Numbered from the stretch's first letter, positions 1 through 9,954 are shown. The stretch: DNA of 64,000 bases from Candidatus Hydrogenedentota bacterium (GCA_034669905.1 JAXMOL010000004.1:1-64000), one strand, 5' to 3'. Made by a program: numbers and translations. Notes: generated by a model from the letters alone, not told the origin.

Positions 1-1
1 C

Positions 2-613
2 GGGGCACCAAACGAAACTACCCCGGTATCTTCCTTTGGAATACGGTCATTACTCATCAATAGGCTCCTTGCCCTCAACACTAATTCTTACAAGGAGACT
101 GTCTCAACTATTCTGGCACAGAGGGTATGGGACGAGGTTCAGAATTTTACCCTCACGCAGGACCTGTTCGTGGATCGTGTCGCCGATTCGGGCGCGAGCT
201 ATGTTGGCGGGACCAGCGGCAATTATTTCATTAAGGCGGGTACCGTTGTATCCAGCCACTACGTGCAGTGGGACCCAGCCGGGTCGGCGAGTGTTCAGGC
301 GACACTCAATTTCGACTCCGATATTTTTGCCTTTATTACAGGCGATAATCGGTTGGATAACAGCGACTATCTTGGGTTGCCGGGAATCGATTACGGCAAC
401 TTCAGTCTCCGTGGTCTGGAGGGCGGCGACACTACCAATTTCAACGGAGGCAGTGTGGACATAGATTGGACGGCCAACTCACCGGGGGACTGGACTCGGT
501 TGATCACGGCCGTGTCGCCCGGCGCAGCTCCGGTTCCGGAGCCTGCAACGATGAGCCTCCTGGGCATGGGCTTGGCCGGTCTGGTTTATCGTAATCGGAA
601 GCGGACCGCATAG
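2..613 (+). CDS. PEP-CTERM sorting domain protein; start unresolved, possibly 5'-partial or N-terminally truncated
   Basis: C-terminus is VPEP-ATMSLLGMGLAGLVY-RNRKRTA (PEP motif, TM helix, basic tail). The frame is open from position 2. The first in-frame start is GTG at 170 and no signal peptide is visible. Confidence 0.8.
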   Translation, partial: GAPNETTPVSSFGIRSLLINRLLALNTNSYKETVSTILAQRVWDEVQNFTLTQDLFVDRVADSGASYVGGTSGNYFIKAGTVVSSHYVQWDPAGSASVQATLNFDSDIFAFITGDNRLDNSDYLGLPGIDYGNFSLRGLEGGDTTNFNGGSVDIDWTANSPGDWTRLITAVSPGAAPVPEPATMSLLGMGLAGLVYRNRKRTA

Positions 614-633
614 CACCAATAGAAGCTAGCATC

Positions 634-675
634 AAAAGCCCCCGACGCTGAAAGGTTCAGGGGGCTATTTTATTT
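634..675. terminator. Intrinsic terminator, likely bidirectional
   Basis: AAAAGCCCCC...GGGGGCTATTTTATTT hairpin flanked by A and T tracts, between convergent genes. Confidence 0.7.
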
Positions 676-694
676 ACGCAATATTGAGTGGCGT

Positions 695-1276
695 TTATTG
701 TTCCAACACGCTGTAGTCCACGGGCACATGGTTACCTTCCTCGAGAAAGCGCGCCATGATATAGAGCGAGTCACTCAGGCGGTTGATGAAGGCGAGGATG
801 GCCGCGACCTCAAATTCGGGGATGACATCCTTTAGTTGGACCAAGGCCCGTTCCAACTCTCGCGCCACCGTGGCGACCACGTCGGCCTGGGCGGATAGGC
901 TGTTGGATGCCGACACGATGAAGGACTTGGGCAGACTCACCCGGGCTTCCAGGGCAGACTGAATTTCTTCCAGTCGGGTAAGGTGGGTTTCATCCAGATC
1001 CGCCTGACGGTATTCCGGGTGCTTGCCGCTCGGGTCGTTGACCGCCGTCCCAATGAGGAAATAGCAGTGGAGGAGCCAGAAGAGGGGCTCGTCTAATTCG
1101 CGTTGTTGCGCCGTGCCACGTTCGAGAATCTGCATGCGCAGCAGGGCTGTCTGGGCGCGAAGGGAGTCGACCTTCCCCGTTGTCTGAAGGATGGGGTGCG
1201 ACTTGGGCAGACGTTCGCCGGCCAGAATCATGGTCGTGCCGGTGTCGCCGCGTTTCGTGGTGACGGGGGATGTCAT
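695..1276 (-). CDS. PduO-type ATP:cob(I)alamin adenosyltransferase
   Basis: N-terminal TKRGDTGTT motif, a VARELER segment and FINRLSDSLYIMAR. Start moved to ATG 1276 (MTSPV). Confidence 0.85.
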   Translation of the reverse strand: MTSPVTTKRGDTGTTMILAGERLPKSHPILQTTGKVDSLRAQTALLRMQILERGTAQQRELDEPLFWLLHCYFLIGTAVNDPSGKHPEYRQADLDETHLTRLEEIQSALEARVSLPKSFIVSASNSLSAQADVVATVARELERALVQLKDVIPEFEVAAILAFINRLSDSLYIMARFLEEGNHVPVDYSVLEQ

Positions 1277-1464
1277 AGGTACTGCTCCGTTTCGAGGCAA
1301 TGGGACAGCACGTGGGGCAAAAGTCCCGGTAAGAAGCGGAGGGAGTACCGAAGGGACTTCGGTACAAAACTCCGCCCGATTGTTGTATATATAACGACGG
1401 ACATCGATGGCCCCGACGGTTCTGGACAATGCTACCCGAAGGGGCACGGGAAATCAATTGCCTG

Positions 1465-2235
1465 TTATTCGACGGTAATCCCGACGGGGCAGTGGTCCGA
1501 TCCCATCACATCCTGCAGGATGAAAGCGTCTTTCACCCGGGGCATGAAGTCCTTATTCACGAGATGGTAGTCGATGCGCCAGCCGATGTTGCGGGCCCGG
1601 GCCCGGGTCCGATAGGACCACCAGGAATATTCATCCACCGCATCGGGATGGAGGTGGCGGAAGGTGTCCACGTAGCCGTGCTTGAGGAAGCGGGTCATGG
1701 CTTCACGCTCTTCGATGTAATAGCCCGCATTGTTTTCATTGTCCTTGGGGCGTGCGAGGTCAATCTCGGTGTGGGCGATGTTCATATCCCCACAAAGAAT
1801 GACATTGTTTCCCTCTTTTACGAGCTTATTGGCAATCTTCGTCTTGGTCTTGCAGTAGTCGAGCTTGTAGTCGAGCCGTGCCCGCTTGGCCTGACTGTTG
1901 GGCCAGTAGCCATTCAGGATGGTGAACTCCTCGAACTCCAGAATCTGGATGCGCCCCTCGTCGTCGAAGCGCTCGACGCCGGAGTTGCGGACGGACTTTG
2001 GGGTGAGGCCTTCCTTCACGAAGGCGGCCGTACCGCTGTAGCCCTTTTTCTTTGCCGGATTAAAGTAGGTGGTGTAGCCTGCGGGCCGCAATACGGACTC
2101 TTCCAGATCGTCCGGAAGGGCGCGGGACTCCTGGATACAGAGGATGTCGGGTTGGGTGGCTTCAAACCACTCCAGGAATCCGTTTTTGAGCACGGCGCGC
2201 ATGCCATTGACGTTCCAGGAGAGAATGGTAGTCAT
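1465..2235 (-). CDS. xth: Exodeoxyribonuclease III / AP endonuclease
   Basis: SWNVNG, LCIQE, GYSG, CGDMNIAH, YSWWSYR, GWRIDY and SDHCP motifs. Confidence 0.95.
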   Translation of the reverse strand: MTTILSWNVNGMRAVLKNGFLEWFEATQPDILCIQESRALPDDLEESVLRPAGYTTYFNPAKKKGYSGTAAFVKEGLTPKSVRNSGVERFDDEGRIQILEFEEFTILNGYWPNSQAKRARLDYKLDYCKTKTKIANKLVKEGNNVILCGDMNIAHTEIDLARPKDNENNAGYYIEEREAMTRFLKHGYVDTFRHLHPDAVDEYSWWSYRTRARARNIGWRIDYHLVNKDFMPRVKDAFILQDVMGSDHCPVGITVE

Positions 2236-2421
2236 TAAAGAATCCTTCCACGAACCGGGTGTTCTTTCGTAGGGGGAAATGGGGCAAAAAGAGGGAAAAA
2301 TATGGACGAAGCATACCGTTCACAGCCGGGAAGATGCAACCACCGAAGATGGAATCAGGGCTTCCCGAATCGCGTTCAATGGGCTATGATAGAGGTGGGC
2401 GTGCAAAAGCAATTGAGGAAC

Positions 2422-3249
2422 ATGACGATGCGCATTCGCAAACCAGCAGTCTCGGGCCGCTTCTATCCTGCCGATCCCCCGACCCTCCGACGAACCATCG
2501 AAAAACACCTGGCCGCCGCGCCGATCCACGCGCGACCGGAAGCGGTGGCGGCGGTAATCGCGCCCCACGCGGGTTATCCCTATTCCGGGCTGACGGCGGC
2601 CCACGCCTATAAACGCCTGCTCGGCAAGAAAGTACGGCGGGTAGTGTTGTTGGGCTGTTCCCACCATTATCAGTTTGATGGCGCATCGATCTTTCGTGAT
2701 GGCGGCTATGAGACCCCCCTGGGCATCGTCCCCATCGATGAATCACTGGCCCGCCACCTGGTCACCTGCTTCGGGAACACCTGCCCAGAGGCCCACGAGA
2801 ACGAGCACGCATTGGAAGTCCACATCCCGTTTCTTCAAATGGCCCTGGAAGGAGATTTTAAACTCGTTCCCATTCTCTTCGGCAGCCGCCCGGGAGATCA
2901 TCACGAGGAAATGGGGGCGGAACTTGCACGCTGCCTGGAACCTGACGATCTTGTTCTGGCCTCGACGGATCTTTCCCATTTCCTGAGCGAATCGGAAGCC
3001 AACGCCCTGGACCAGCGATCACTCGATCAGGTGCTTCGCAAGGATGCCCACAAACTGTGTGAGGCGGCGGCCCGGGGGCGCTGTTCCTTGTGCGGAGCCA
3101 GTGCCGTTGTGTCGGCCATGGCCTACGCCAATGCAATCAAGGCGACCCACTGGGAAGTCCTCGACTATCGAACGAGCGCCTGGGCCAGCGGAGAAACGGA
3201 CCGCGTCGTCGGATACAGCGCAATATCCATGGAGCGGGACGTGGCATGA
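2422..3249 (+). CDS. amrB: MEMO1-family protein (AmmeMemoRadiSam system protein B)
   Basis: RKPAVSGRFYP, APHAGYPYSG, EHALEV, STDLSH and VVGY motifs. GAGG RBS before ATG 2422. Confidence 0.88.
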   Translation: MTMRIRKPAVSGRFYPADPPTLRRTIEKHLAAAPIHARPEAVAAVIAPHAGYPYSGLTAAHAYKRLLGKKVRRVVLLGCSHHYQFDGASIFRDGGYETPLGIVPIDESLARHLVTCFGNTCPEAHENEHALEVHIPFLQMALEGDFKLVPILFGSRPGDHHEEMGAELARCLEPDDLVLASTDLSHFLSESEANALDQRSLDQVLRKDAHKLCEAAARGRCSLCGASAVVSAMAYANAIKATHWEVLDYRTSAWASGETDRVVGYSAISMERDVA

Positions 3250-3333
3250 CGGCGCCAGGTTTGTCCCGCAACCCGGCAGCGGGATATAGTGATTGCTGGT
3301 TTTTATAGCAAGTCACCATGCAGGGAGTTCCAC

Positions 3334-4443
3334 ATGCCGGTTACGATTAAGCAGGTTTGCAATGCCATGGAGCGCTGGGCACCCTCCGGCCTGGCCTACG
3401 AGTGGGATCGGGTAGGTTTACAGGTGGGGGACCCCAAAGCTCCGGTCACGAAGGTGATAACGTGTTTGACCGTGACAGAAGAGGTGGTGCGCCGTGCTGA
3501 ACGGTGGGGCGCAGACCTCATTGTCGCGCACCATCCCCTGCTTTTTCGGCCCCTCAAGTCCTTGCGTACCGATGATGTGCACACGCGTCTGTGCTTGCGT
3601 CTCGTGGCCGCAAATGTCGGTTGTTTCGCGGCCCACACCAATCTCGATGTGGTACCCAACGGTGTCAATACGTTGTTGGCCGAAACCCTGGGCCTGCAGC
3701 AGATTCGTCCCCTCATTCCGATCGCGCAGGGCGTGCAGGTGAAGGTCGTCACGTTCGTGCCGGAAAGTAACCTTGATGCACTGCGTGAAGCCATGGCGGC
3801 GGCCGGGGCCGGTCACATCGGGGACTATCAGTCTTGCAGTTTTACTACGCCGGGCACAGGTACGTTCCTTCCAGGCGATAGCACCCAACCCTATGCGGGC
3901 AAGAAGGGCGCGTTGAATCGTGAGGCCGAAGAGCGGCTGGAAATGTTGGTTCCTGAGGTTCTTCTGGGAGCCACCCTTGCCGCCCTCCGAAAAGCGCACC
4001 CCTATGAAGAACCGGCCTACGACGTCGTCGTCTTGAAAAATCAGGATGCCCGGTATGGGCTGGGAGCCCGGGGCGTGCTGGAAAAAGCATTGAAGCTGGG
4101 GGACTTCGCAGAGCAGGTGCGCTCCGCGCTCAAACTGTCCCACGTGCGTATGGTTGGTCGTCCCGGTTCACCGGTAGAGCGTATCGCGGTATGCGGAGGC
4201 GCTGGAGGGGGAGAAATCGGCCAATTGCCGGACGATATCGACGTCTTCGTGACCGGTGACTTGAAATACCATGAAGCCGATGGTGCCCGGGAGCGGGGGC
4301 TGTCTCTCATTGACGCGGGCCATGTCGGGACGGAGCGGGGGATTGCCACCCATATGGCCCGTTATCTGCGAAAGGCCGTGGGCGGTATTACCGTCAAGGC
4401 CGTCGTGGAGGGGGAAATCTTTCAGGTGGTTACGGGAGGCTGA
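3334..4443 (+). CDS. Nif3-like dinuclear metal-centre protein (DUF34/YqfO type with PII-like insert)
   Basis: WDRVGLQVG, HHPLLF, HTNLD, HPYEEPAYD (insert), TGDLKYH and DAGHVGTE motifs. Confidence 0.9.
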   Translation: MPVTIKQVCNAMERWAPSGLAYEWDRVGLQVGDPKAPVTKVITCLTVTEEVVRRAERWGADLIVAHHPLLFRPLKSLRTDDVHTRLCLRLVAANVGCFAAHTNLDVVPNGVNTLLAETLGLQQIRPLIPIAQGVQVKVVTFVPESNLDALREAMAAAGAGHIGDYQSCSFTTPGTGTFLPGDSTQPYAGKKGALNREAEERLEMLVPEVLLGATLAALRKAHPYEEPAYDVVVLKNQDARYGLGARGVLEKALKLGDFAEQVRSALKLSHVRMVGRPGSPVERIAVCGGAGGGEIGQLPDDIDVFVTGDLKYHEADGARERGLSLIDAGHVGTERGIATHMARYLRKAVGGITVKAVVEGEIFQVVTGG

Positions 4444-4532
4444 CGGCAGTCAGATAGCTTCGTTCTGGCCGTCACGGTGCACGAAAGCCGCGTAATCTGA
4501 TAAAGTATCCGTCATAGTGCGTTTTAACCGAA

Positions 4533-6014
4533 TTGGAAATTGCACCCTTGAAAAAGCCCTTGAAGATTCTTTTCGCAACGGCCGAAGTGGCCCCCCTGAT
4601 GAGCACGGGCGGACTGGCCGATGTGGCGGCCGCCTTGCCGAAGGCCTTGCACAAGGCGGGCCATGATGTGCGCCTCGTTCTTCCCTTTTATCAAAAGCTG
4701 CCCCGTCTGCCCGAATCGTGTCGGCGCAACATGTGTCTGGCCCATTTGGGCACCCATACCGCCTACGGATGTATGTGGGAGACGACCTTGCCTGATAGCG
4801 AGATTCCGCTCTATCTGGTGGAGCACGAAAACTATTTCGGACGCATGGCCCCCTACGGCGATGGGAACCATGAGTACGGCGACAATGCCGAGCGCTTTTG
4901 TTTCTTCTCTCATGCCGCGCTGGATGGTATCGCCGGCACCGGATGGAAGCCCGATGTGGTTCATTGCCATGACTGGCCCACCGCGCCCATCCCCCTGAGT
5001 CTGAAGACGACCTATGCCAATCACCCGGTGTGGGCAGGGGTTCCCAGTGTGTACACCATCCACAACCTGGCCTACCAGGGGCGCTACGGCGCGGAAAAGA
5101 TGGCAAGCACTGGCTTCGGACCGGAGCTCTTCAATCCCGAGTGCCTGGAGTATCACGGCGACCTCAATCTGATGAAAGGGGCCATCACCTCGGCCGATCG
5201 AATCTCTACCGTGAGTCCCCGCTACGCACGGGAGATCCAGACCATCGAATACGGCGAAGGGCTCGATGGCATCCTGCGAAACCGCAAAGAAATTCTCAGT
5301 GGGATCCTCAATGGGGCGGACTATAGCCTCTGGGATCCCGCGACCGATCCCCACATTCCCGCTAATTACAGTGCAAAAGACATGTCGGGTAAGGCCACCT
5401 GTAAACAGACTTTCCAGCAACAACTCGGTCTACCCGAGCGGGATGTGCCCCTCTTCGGTATCGTGAGTCGTCTGGTGTGGCAGAAGGGAATCGACCTCGT
5501 AATGGAAAGCGTTCTCGGCCTGCCCGAAGACGTGGCCCAGATCGCGGTGTTGGGGACCGGAGAGCGTGGCGTGGAAGACGGGCTGAAGCATCTGGAATCC
5601 CAACGGCCCGATTCCGTCCGGGTTATGCTCGACTTTAACGTGCCCATTGCGCATCAGCTCCAGGCGGCATCCGATTTCTTCCTCATGCCATCGCGCTATG
5701 AACCCTGCGGCCTGAGCCAATTCTACAGCTTTGCCTACGGCTCCATTCCGATCGTCCGTCGGAGTGGGGGCCTGGCCGATACGGTGTTGGATTGCAATCC
5801 GGTCAATCTGAAACGGGGTGTCGCCAATGGCTTCTCTTTTGTGCCCCTGACGTCCCATTCCCTGAGTAAGCGGCTTCAGCAGGCCGTGGCACTTTACAAT
5901 GACCCCGCAGCGTTCCAGCAGGTCCAGGCGGCCGGTATGGCCCAGGATTTTTCTTGGAATCGTTCGTGTGAAACCTACATCGAATTGTATCGAGATTGTA
6001 TAGAAGCGGCCTGA
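4533..6014 (+). CDS. glgA: Glycogen synthase (GT5)
   Basis: STGGLADV, HCHDW, TIHNLAYQG and MPSRYEPCGL motifs. TTG start is uncertain (4533, 4548 or 4560). Confidence 0.92.
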   Translation: MEIAPLKKPLKILFATAEVAPLMSTGGLADVAAALPKALHKAGHDVRLVLPFYQKLPRLPESCRRNMCLAHLGTHTAYGCMWETTLPDSEIPLYLVEHENYFGRMAPYGDGNHEYGDNAERFCFFSHAALDGIAGTGWKPDVVHCHDWPTAPIPLSLKTTYANHPVWAGVPSVYTIHNLAYQGRYGAEKMASTGFGPELFNPECLEYHGDLNLMKGAITSADRISTVSPRYAREIQTIEYGEGLDGILRNRKEILSGILNGADYSLWDPATDPHIPANYSAKDMSGKATCKQTFQQQLGLPERDVPLFGIVSRLVWQKGIDLVMESVLGLPEDVAQIAVLGTGERGVEDGLKHLESQRPDSVRVMLDFNVPIAHQLQAASDFFLMPSRYEPCGLSQFYSFAYGSIPIVRRSGGLADTVLDCNPVNLKRGVANGFSFVPLTSHSLSKRLQQAVALYNDPAAFQQVQAAGMAQDFSWNRSCETYIELYRDCIEAA

Positions 6015-6499
6015 TGGAATTATCATTCGAAACCCAAAGTCCGGAAGAAACCGAAGCGGTAGGCTATTTATTGGGAAGCATGCTGCCCGGCGGTACCCTG
6101 GTGGCCCTGGAAGGGGACTTGGCGGCAGGCAAGACCTGTCTGGTGCGGGGGATGACCCGCTTTTTCGCCCAGGACGCCCCGGTTCACAGTCCCACGTTTA
6201 CCCTCGTAAACCAATACGGTGACGTGGAGGCCCCCCTCTATCACCTGGATCTCTACCGCCTCGGCGGTGCCGAGGAATTGGCGGAGTTGGGCTACGAAGA
6301 AATCTTCGATTCTGCTGGTATTTGCGTGGTGGAGTGGGCGGAAAGGGCGGAAGGTCTCCTGCCAAAGTCACGCATCCATATCCAGTTGGCCCATGGCGGC
6401 GGCGACCGAAGGACCTTTCACATGGGCAACCATGGTATTGATTTGCCGGAAGACTGGACCGAGCAGATTCAGGCCGCCGTGGCCAAGGCATCAACCTGA
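6014..6499 (+). CDS. tsaE: tRNA t6A biosynthesis ATPase TsaE (YjeE)
   Basis: GDLAAGKT P-loop, HSPTFTL, HLDLYRL and VVEW motifs. TGATG overlap with glgA. Confidence 0.93.
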   Translation: MELSFETQSPEETEAVGYLLGSMLPGGTLVALEGDLAAGKTCLVRGMTRFFAQDAPVHSPTFTLVNQYGDVEAPLYHLDLYRLGGAEELAELGYEEIFDSAGICVVEWAERAEGLLPKSRIHIQLAHGGGDRRTFHMGNHGIDLPEDWTEQIQAAVAKAST

Positions 6500-6505
6500 C
6501 GCGGC

Positions 6506-8812
6506 TCAGGTACCGACTGCGCGCAGGGCGTTAAGGAACTCCTGGGCACTGCCAAAGCGCTCCTCCGGTTTCTTTGCGATGGCCTTCATTACCACGGCGT
6601 CCAATTCATCCGGAATGCCGTCGACCAGCATGCCCGGTGGTTTCGGTACCTCGGTCAGTTGCCGTTCCATGACATTGCCCGTTTCAAAGACGATCTTTCC
6701 TGTCAGAAGTTCATGGAGCACAAGCCCCATGGCATAGAGATCCGATCGGGGCGTGGCCTCTTCTCCCCGTGCCTGTTCGGGGGCCATATAGCACGGCGTC
6801 CCCATGACCACGTTGCTGCCGGTCAGGTTGGCACCATGGCCCTTGGCGAGACCAAAATCCATCAATTTGACCAGGTTCCCTTTGGCAATGAGAACGTTGT
6901 CCGGTTTAACGTCCCGATGTACAATCCCGGCCTGGTGAATGGCCTCCAGGGCGGCACAGGCCTGTCCAACAAGGTTCACCGCTTCCCGGGGCGGTAGTGC
7001 CCCTTTCTTCTTAAGGTACTGATTCAGGTTCGGGCCCTCGATATACTCCATGGCGATATAGGAACTTCCTTGCTCCACACCAATGTCGTAGACGCTGAGG
7101 ATATTGGGATGGGAAACCTGGGCGGCCGCCTGGGCCTCTCGCTTGAATCGCTGACGAAATTCCTCCGAACCGTCCACAAGGGTGCCCAGAAACTTGAGGG
7201 CAACGGGCCGGTCCAATTGGGTGTCGCGGGCTTTGTAGACGACCCCCATGCCACCTCGTCCCAATTCACTTTCCAATTCGTAGCGGTTTTGCAGGGTCTG
7301 TTCCACCATGGACATGACGGGCGATTTCTGGTTCCCCGATGGAGGCGTGACCATGGTGGCCGAATGGGCAATGCCCTCGCCACCCCCCGCGATGGAAATG
7401 CGGGATTGCACACTGGAAAGCCGTTGGGCGACGTCCCGGAACTGAACGTCCACGGTGCGAATTTTCAAGAGGACGTCCTGAGACTTGTCCAGTTTTCCCA
7501 ACTGTTCATAGGCCAGGGCCAGCATCCAGAAATAATCCATGTTATCCTTGCGCACCCGCTCGTTCAGCAGATGATTCTCCAAGGTGGCCGCACTATGGGC
7601 GAAGTCTTTCAACTCATAAAAGGCACGCCCCAATAGTCCACGGGAGGAATTAAAGTGGGGGTGATCCTCCGGAAGTTGCTGCAAAAACTTTACGGCCGCC
7701 TCCCATTTGTGGGCGTGAACCATGGCCAGACCGGCGCCATAGTATTCCCTCGCGCGCTCAAAGTTTTTTCCCGCCTGAATCGGATCATTGGCCTTCCAGA
7801 AGCAGTCACCGGCTTTCCGGAAGTTGCCGCCCCCTTCATAGGCCATACCGGCCTCTTTCCACTGCTGCCGGGCTTCATAGTAGCGACCTCCGATTTCGGA
7901 GGCCCGTTTTGTTTCACCGGCCTGGTGCATGCATTTTGAGGCGGTTTCCAGTTGTCCGGCCTGCAGATAGGCTTCTCCCGCCTGCACGTATTCACCGACC
8001 TGATGATAGAGACGTCCCGCCACCTCGGGGCGTTGGCTTGCCAACATGATCTTGGCACATTGGAGCGTAATGGTTCGGAGTTTCTCTTTGGAAATCTTTG
8101 CCGTGGCCCGTTGATCCTCCAGAAGGCGGAGACAGGCCTCTGCAGCGATGGCCCGCTCCGTGTCTATCGCCTTGGAGTCCGCAAAATAGACGTCATAGAG
8201 ATCCGCACTCTCTACGGGCTTGCCCGCGAGATGGTAGGCTTCGGCGGCCTGGGGCAGGGCATCGCCCCGCACAAAGGCCTTTGCGGCCTTGAGATATTTC
8301 TTTTTTTCCAGATAGTACTGGGCTGCGGAGCGATAGTCCCGCGCTTTTTCGAGCAGTTTTGCCGCCTTCAGGGGGTAGCCCGCCTTTGCCCATTCCATAG
8401 CCGCTTTCTTGCGGGCACCCGCCTTGGTGTAGGCCTTCGCCGCTTCCTTATGACGACCGAGTGCGGCGAGGACTTCGGCGAGCTTTTCAAAATCGCCTTC
8501 TTTCCGTAGTCGCGCCACGGCCATATCAGGATTACTGAGGGCATCGGCGCGTTCGGTTTCGGAAAGTTGGTGCGTTCCAGCGCCGTCCGTCTGGTGCAAT
8601 TCCCGTTCATAGCGCTTACGACGCCGACGATCTTTGATCCGCAGATAGATCTCATAGCACAGGAGGAGAAGGCCAATGGTACATCCCGTCTTGAAGGCAA
8701 TGACCTTCCAGGAGGCGTCCATCGCGACTCCGAGGTAAAGCTCTACCCAGCCCAGGGGGATGTTTAGAATCCCCTCCCAATACATGCCTGCAATTCCACC
8801 CATCGCGTCCAC
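6506..8812 (-). CDS. Membrane-anchored Ser/Thr protein kinase with TPR-like repeats and a C-terminal kinase domain
   Basis: N-terminal hydrophobic segments, AxxY helical repeats, then GRGGMGVVY, VALK, HRDVKPDN, DFG and GTPCYMAPE. Start uncertain. Confidence 0.9.
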   Translation of the reverse strand: MDAMGGIAGMYWEGILNIPLGWVELYLGVAMDASWKVIAFKTGCTIGLLLLCYEIYLRIKDRRRRKRYERELHQTDGAGTHQLSETERADALSNPDMAVARLRKEGDFEKLAEVLAALGRHKEAAKAYTKAGARKKAAMEWAKAGYPLKAAKLLEKARDYRSAAQYYLEKKKYLKAAKAFVRGDALPQAAEAYHLAGKPVESADLYDVYFADSKAIDTERAIAAEACLRLLEDQRATAKISKEKLRTITLQCAKIMLASQRPEVAGRLYHQVGEYVQAGEAYLQAGQLETASKCMHQAGETKRASEIGGRYYEARQQWKEAGMAYEGGGNFRKAGDCFWKANDPIQAGKNFERAREYYGAGLAMVHAHKWEAAVKFLQQLPEDHPHFNSSRGLLGRAFYELKDFAHSAATLENHLLNERVRKDNMDYFWMLALAYEQLGKLDKSQDVLLKIRTVDVQFRDVAQRLSSVQSRISIAGGGEGIAHSATMVTPPSGNQKSPVMSMVEQTLQNRYELESELGRGGMGVVYKARDTQLDRPVALKFLGTLVDGSEEFRQRFKREAQAAAQVSHPNILSVYDIGVEQGSSYIAMEYIEGPNLNQYLKKKGALPPREAVNLVGQACAALEAIHQAGIVHRDVKPDNVLIAKGNLVKLMDFGLAKGHGANLTGSNVVMGTPCYMAPEQARGEEATPRSDLYAMGLVLHELLTGKIVFETGNVMERQLTEVPKPPGMLVDGIPDELDAVVMKAIAKKPEERFGSAQEFLNALRAVGT

Positions 8813-9103
8813 CTGTCAGCTCGATAAATCCAAGTACTGTCAGCAAGTACCCAAGTAATTGCTGACAGCCATCCTACGTCAAGCTACTGGATTTTGACAA
8901 GGTTCTTAATTTTAGCGCTTTCTGGCGCAGGGATCGGGCGTTCCTTTCGAAGGGGCCCGTTGCTTCCATCCGCCGTTGCCGCGCTGTATCCCGCTACTTT
9001 TCAACCGCTTGAGATAGGCATCTTCGAATATTTATTCGGCTCCTCGCTTGAAAATACGCCAACTTCCGTGCAAAATAGGGGGCAGAGCAAGCGGGGTTGT
9101 TTC

Positions 9104-9131
9104 TTGACAACTGTCGTGCTTGCGATAGACT
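9104..9131 (+). promoter_or_regulatory. Candidate sigma70 promoter
   Basis: TTGACA-N16-TAGACT upstream of the metallophosphoesterase-hisBH run. Confidence 0.45.
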
Positions 9132-9216
9132 GCCCATAGAAGGGGGCGCCAGCAGGAAGCTCGCGTGGTGGATTGGCATTGCTTATCTGCGGTCGCGAAG
9201 CGGGAGAGACCATACA

Positions 9217-9942
9217 TTGAGGTATGCCATCGTATCCGACATTCACGCCAATCTGGAGGCCTTCTGCGCTGTCCTCGAACAGATAGATGAGATGGGCGTT
9301 GACCAGATCGTTTGTCTGGGAGATGTAGTCGGATATAACGCCAATCCAAACGAGTGCGTCGATCTCATTCGCTCCAGAAATATTCAGACCGTCCTCGGAA
9401 ATCACGATGCGGTCGCGTGCAGCATCGAAGAGCCCTGGGGTTTCAATCCTGTGGCCCTGGCCGCGGCCATCTGGACCCGGGAGCATCTCACGGAAGAGAA
9501 TCTGGAATGGATTCGTAATCTTCCGGATGTGCTTAATTTCGAGACCTTTGCGACGGTCCATGGAGCGCCCAAGAACCGAAACACCTATCTCTTTACCTGG
9601 GAAGATATTCTTCCGCACCTGACCTTCCTGGAAGAACAGAATTGCAATATCTGTTTCATCGGGCACACCCACAGTCCCGGGATTTTCTCCACCGACGGTG
9701 TTTACTCCGTGGACGACGACTCCAAGTTTTCGCTGGGTACCGGGAAGAGCTTTTTCATCAATCCAGGGTCAGTCGGACAGCCCCGCGATGGCAATCCCCA
9801 TGCCGCGTTTGGTATCCTAGACACCGACGAGAATGTTTTCGAGCAAGTGCGCATTAAGTACCCCATAGAGAAGGCGGCTAAACGCATTGTAGAGGCAGGA
9901 TTACCCCAGTTTCTTGCCGATCGTCTCTTTTTGGGTAAGTAA
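9217..9942 (+). CDS. Calcineurin-like metallophosphoesterase
   Basis: SDIHAN, LGDVVGY, GNHD, VHG, GHTH and NPGSVGQPRD motifs. TTG start with GGGAG RBS. Confidence 0.9.
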   Translation: MRYAIVSDIHANLEAFCAVLEQIDEMGVDQIVCLGDVVGYNANPNECVDLIRSRNIQTVLGNHDAVACSIEEPWGFNPVALAAAIWTREHLTEENLEWIRNLPDVLNFETFATVHGAPKNRNTYLFTWEDILPHLTFLEEQNCNICFIGHTHSPGIFSTDGVYSVDDDSKFSLGTGKSFFINPGSVGQPRDGNPHAAFGILDTDENVFEQVRIKYPIEKAAKRIVEAGLPQFLADRLFLGK

Positions 9943-9954
9943 GGAGTTTACAGA

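Noticed and set aside
1277..1464. Possible cobalamin riboswitch upstream of the adenosyltransferase
   Set aside because: No B12-box or GGGAA/GCCACTG core is visible.
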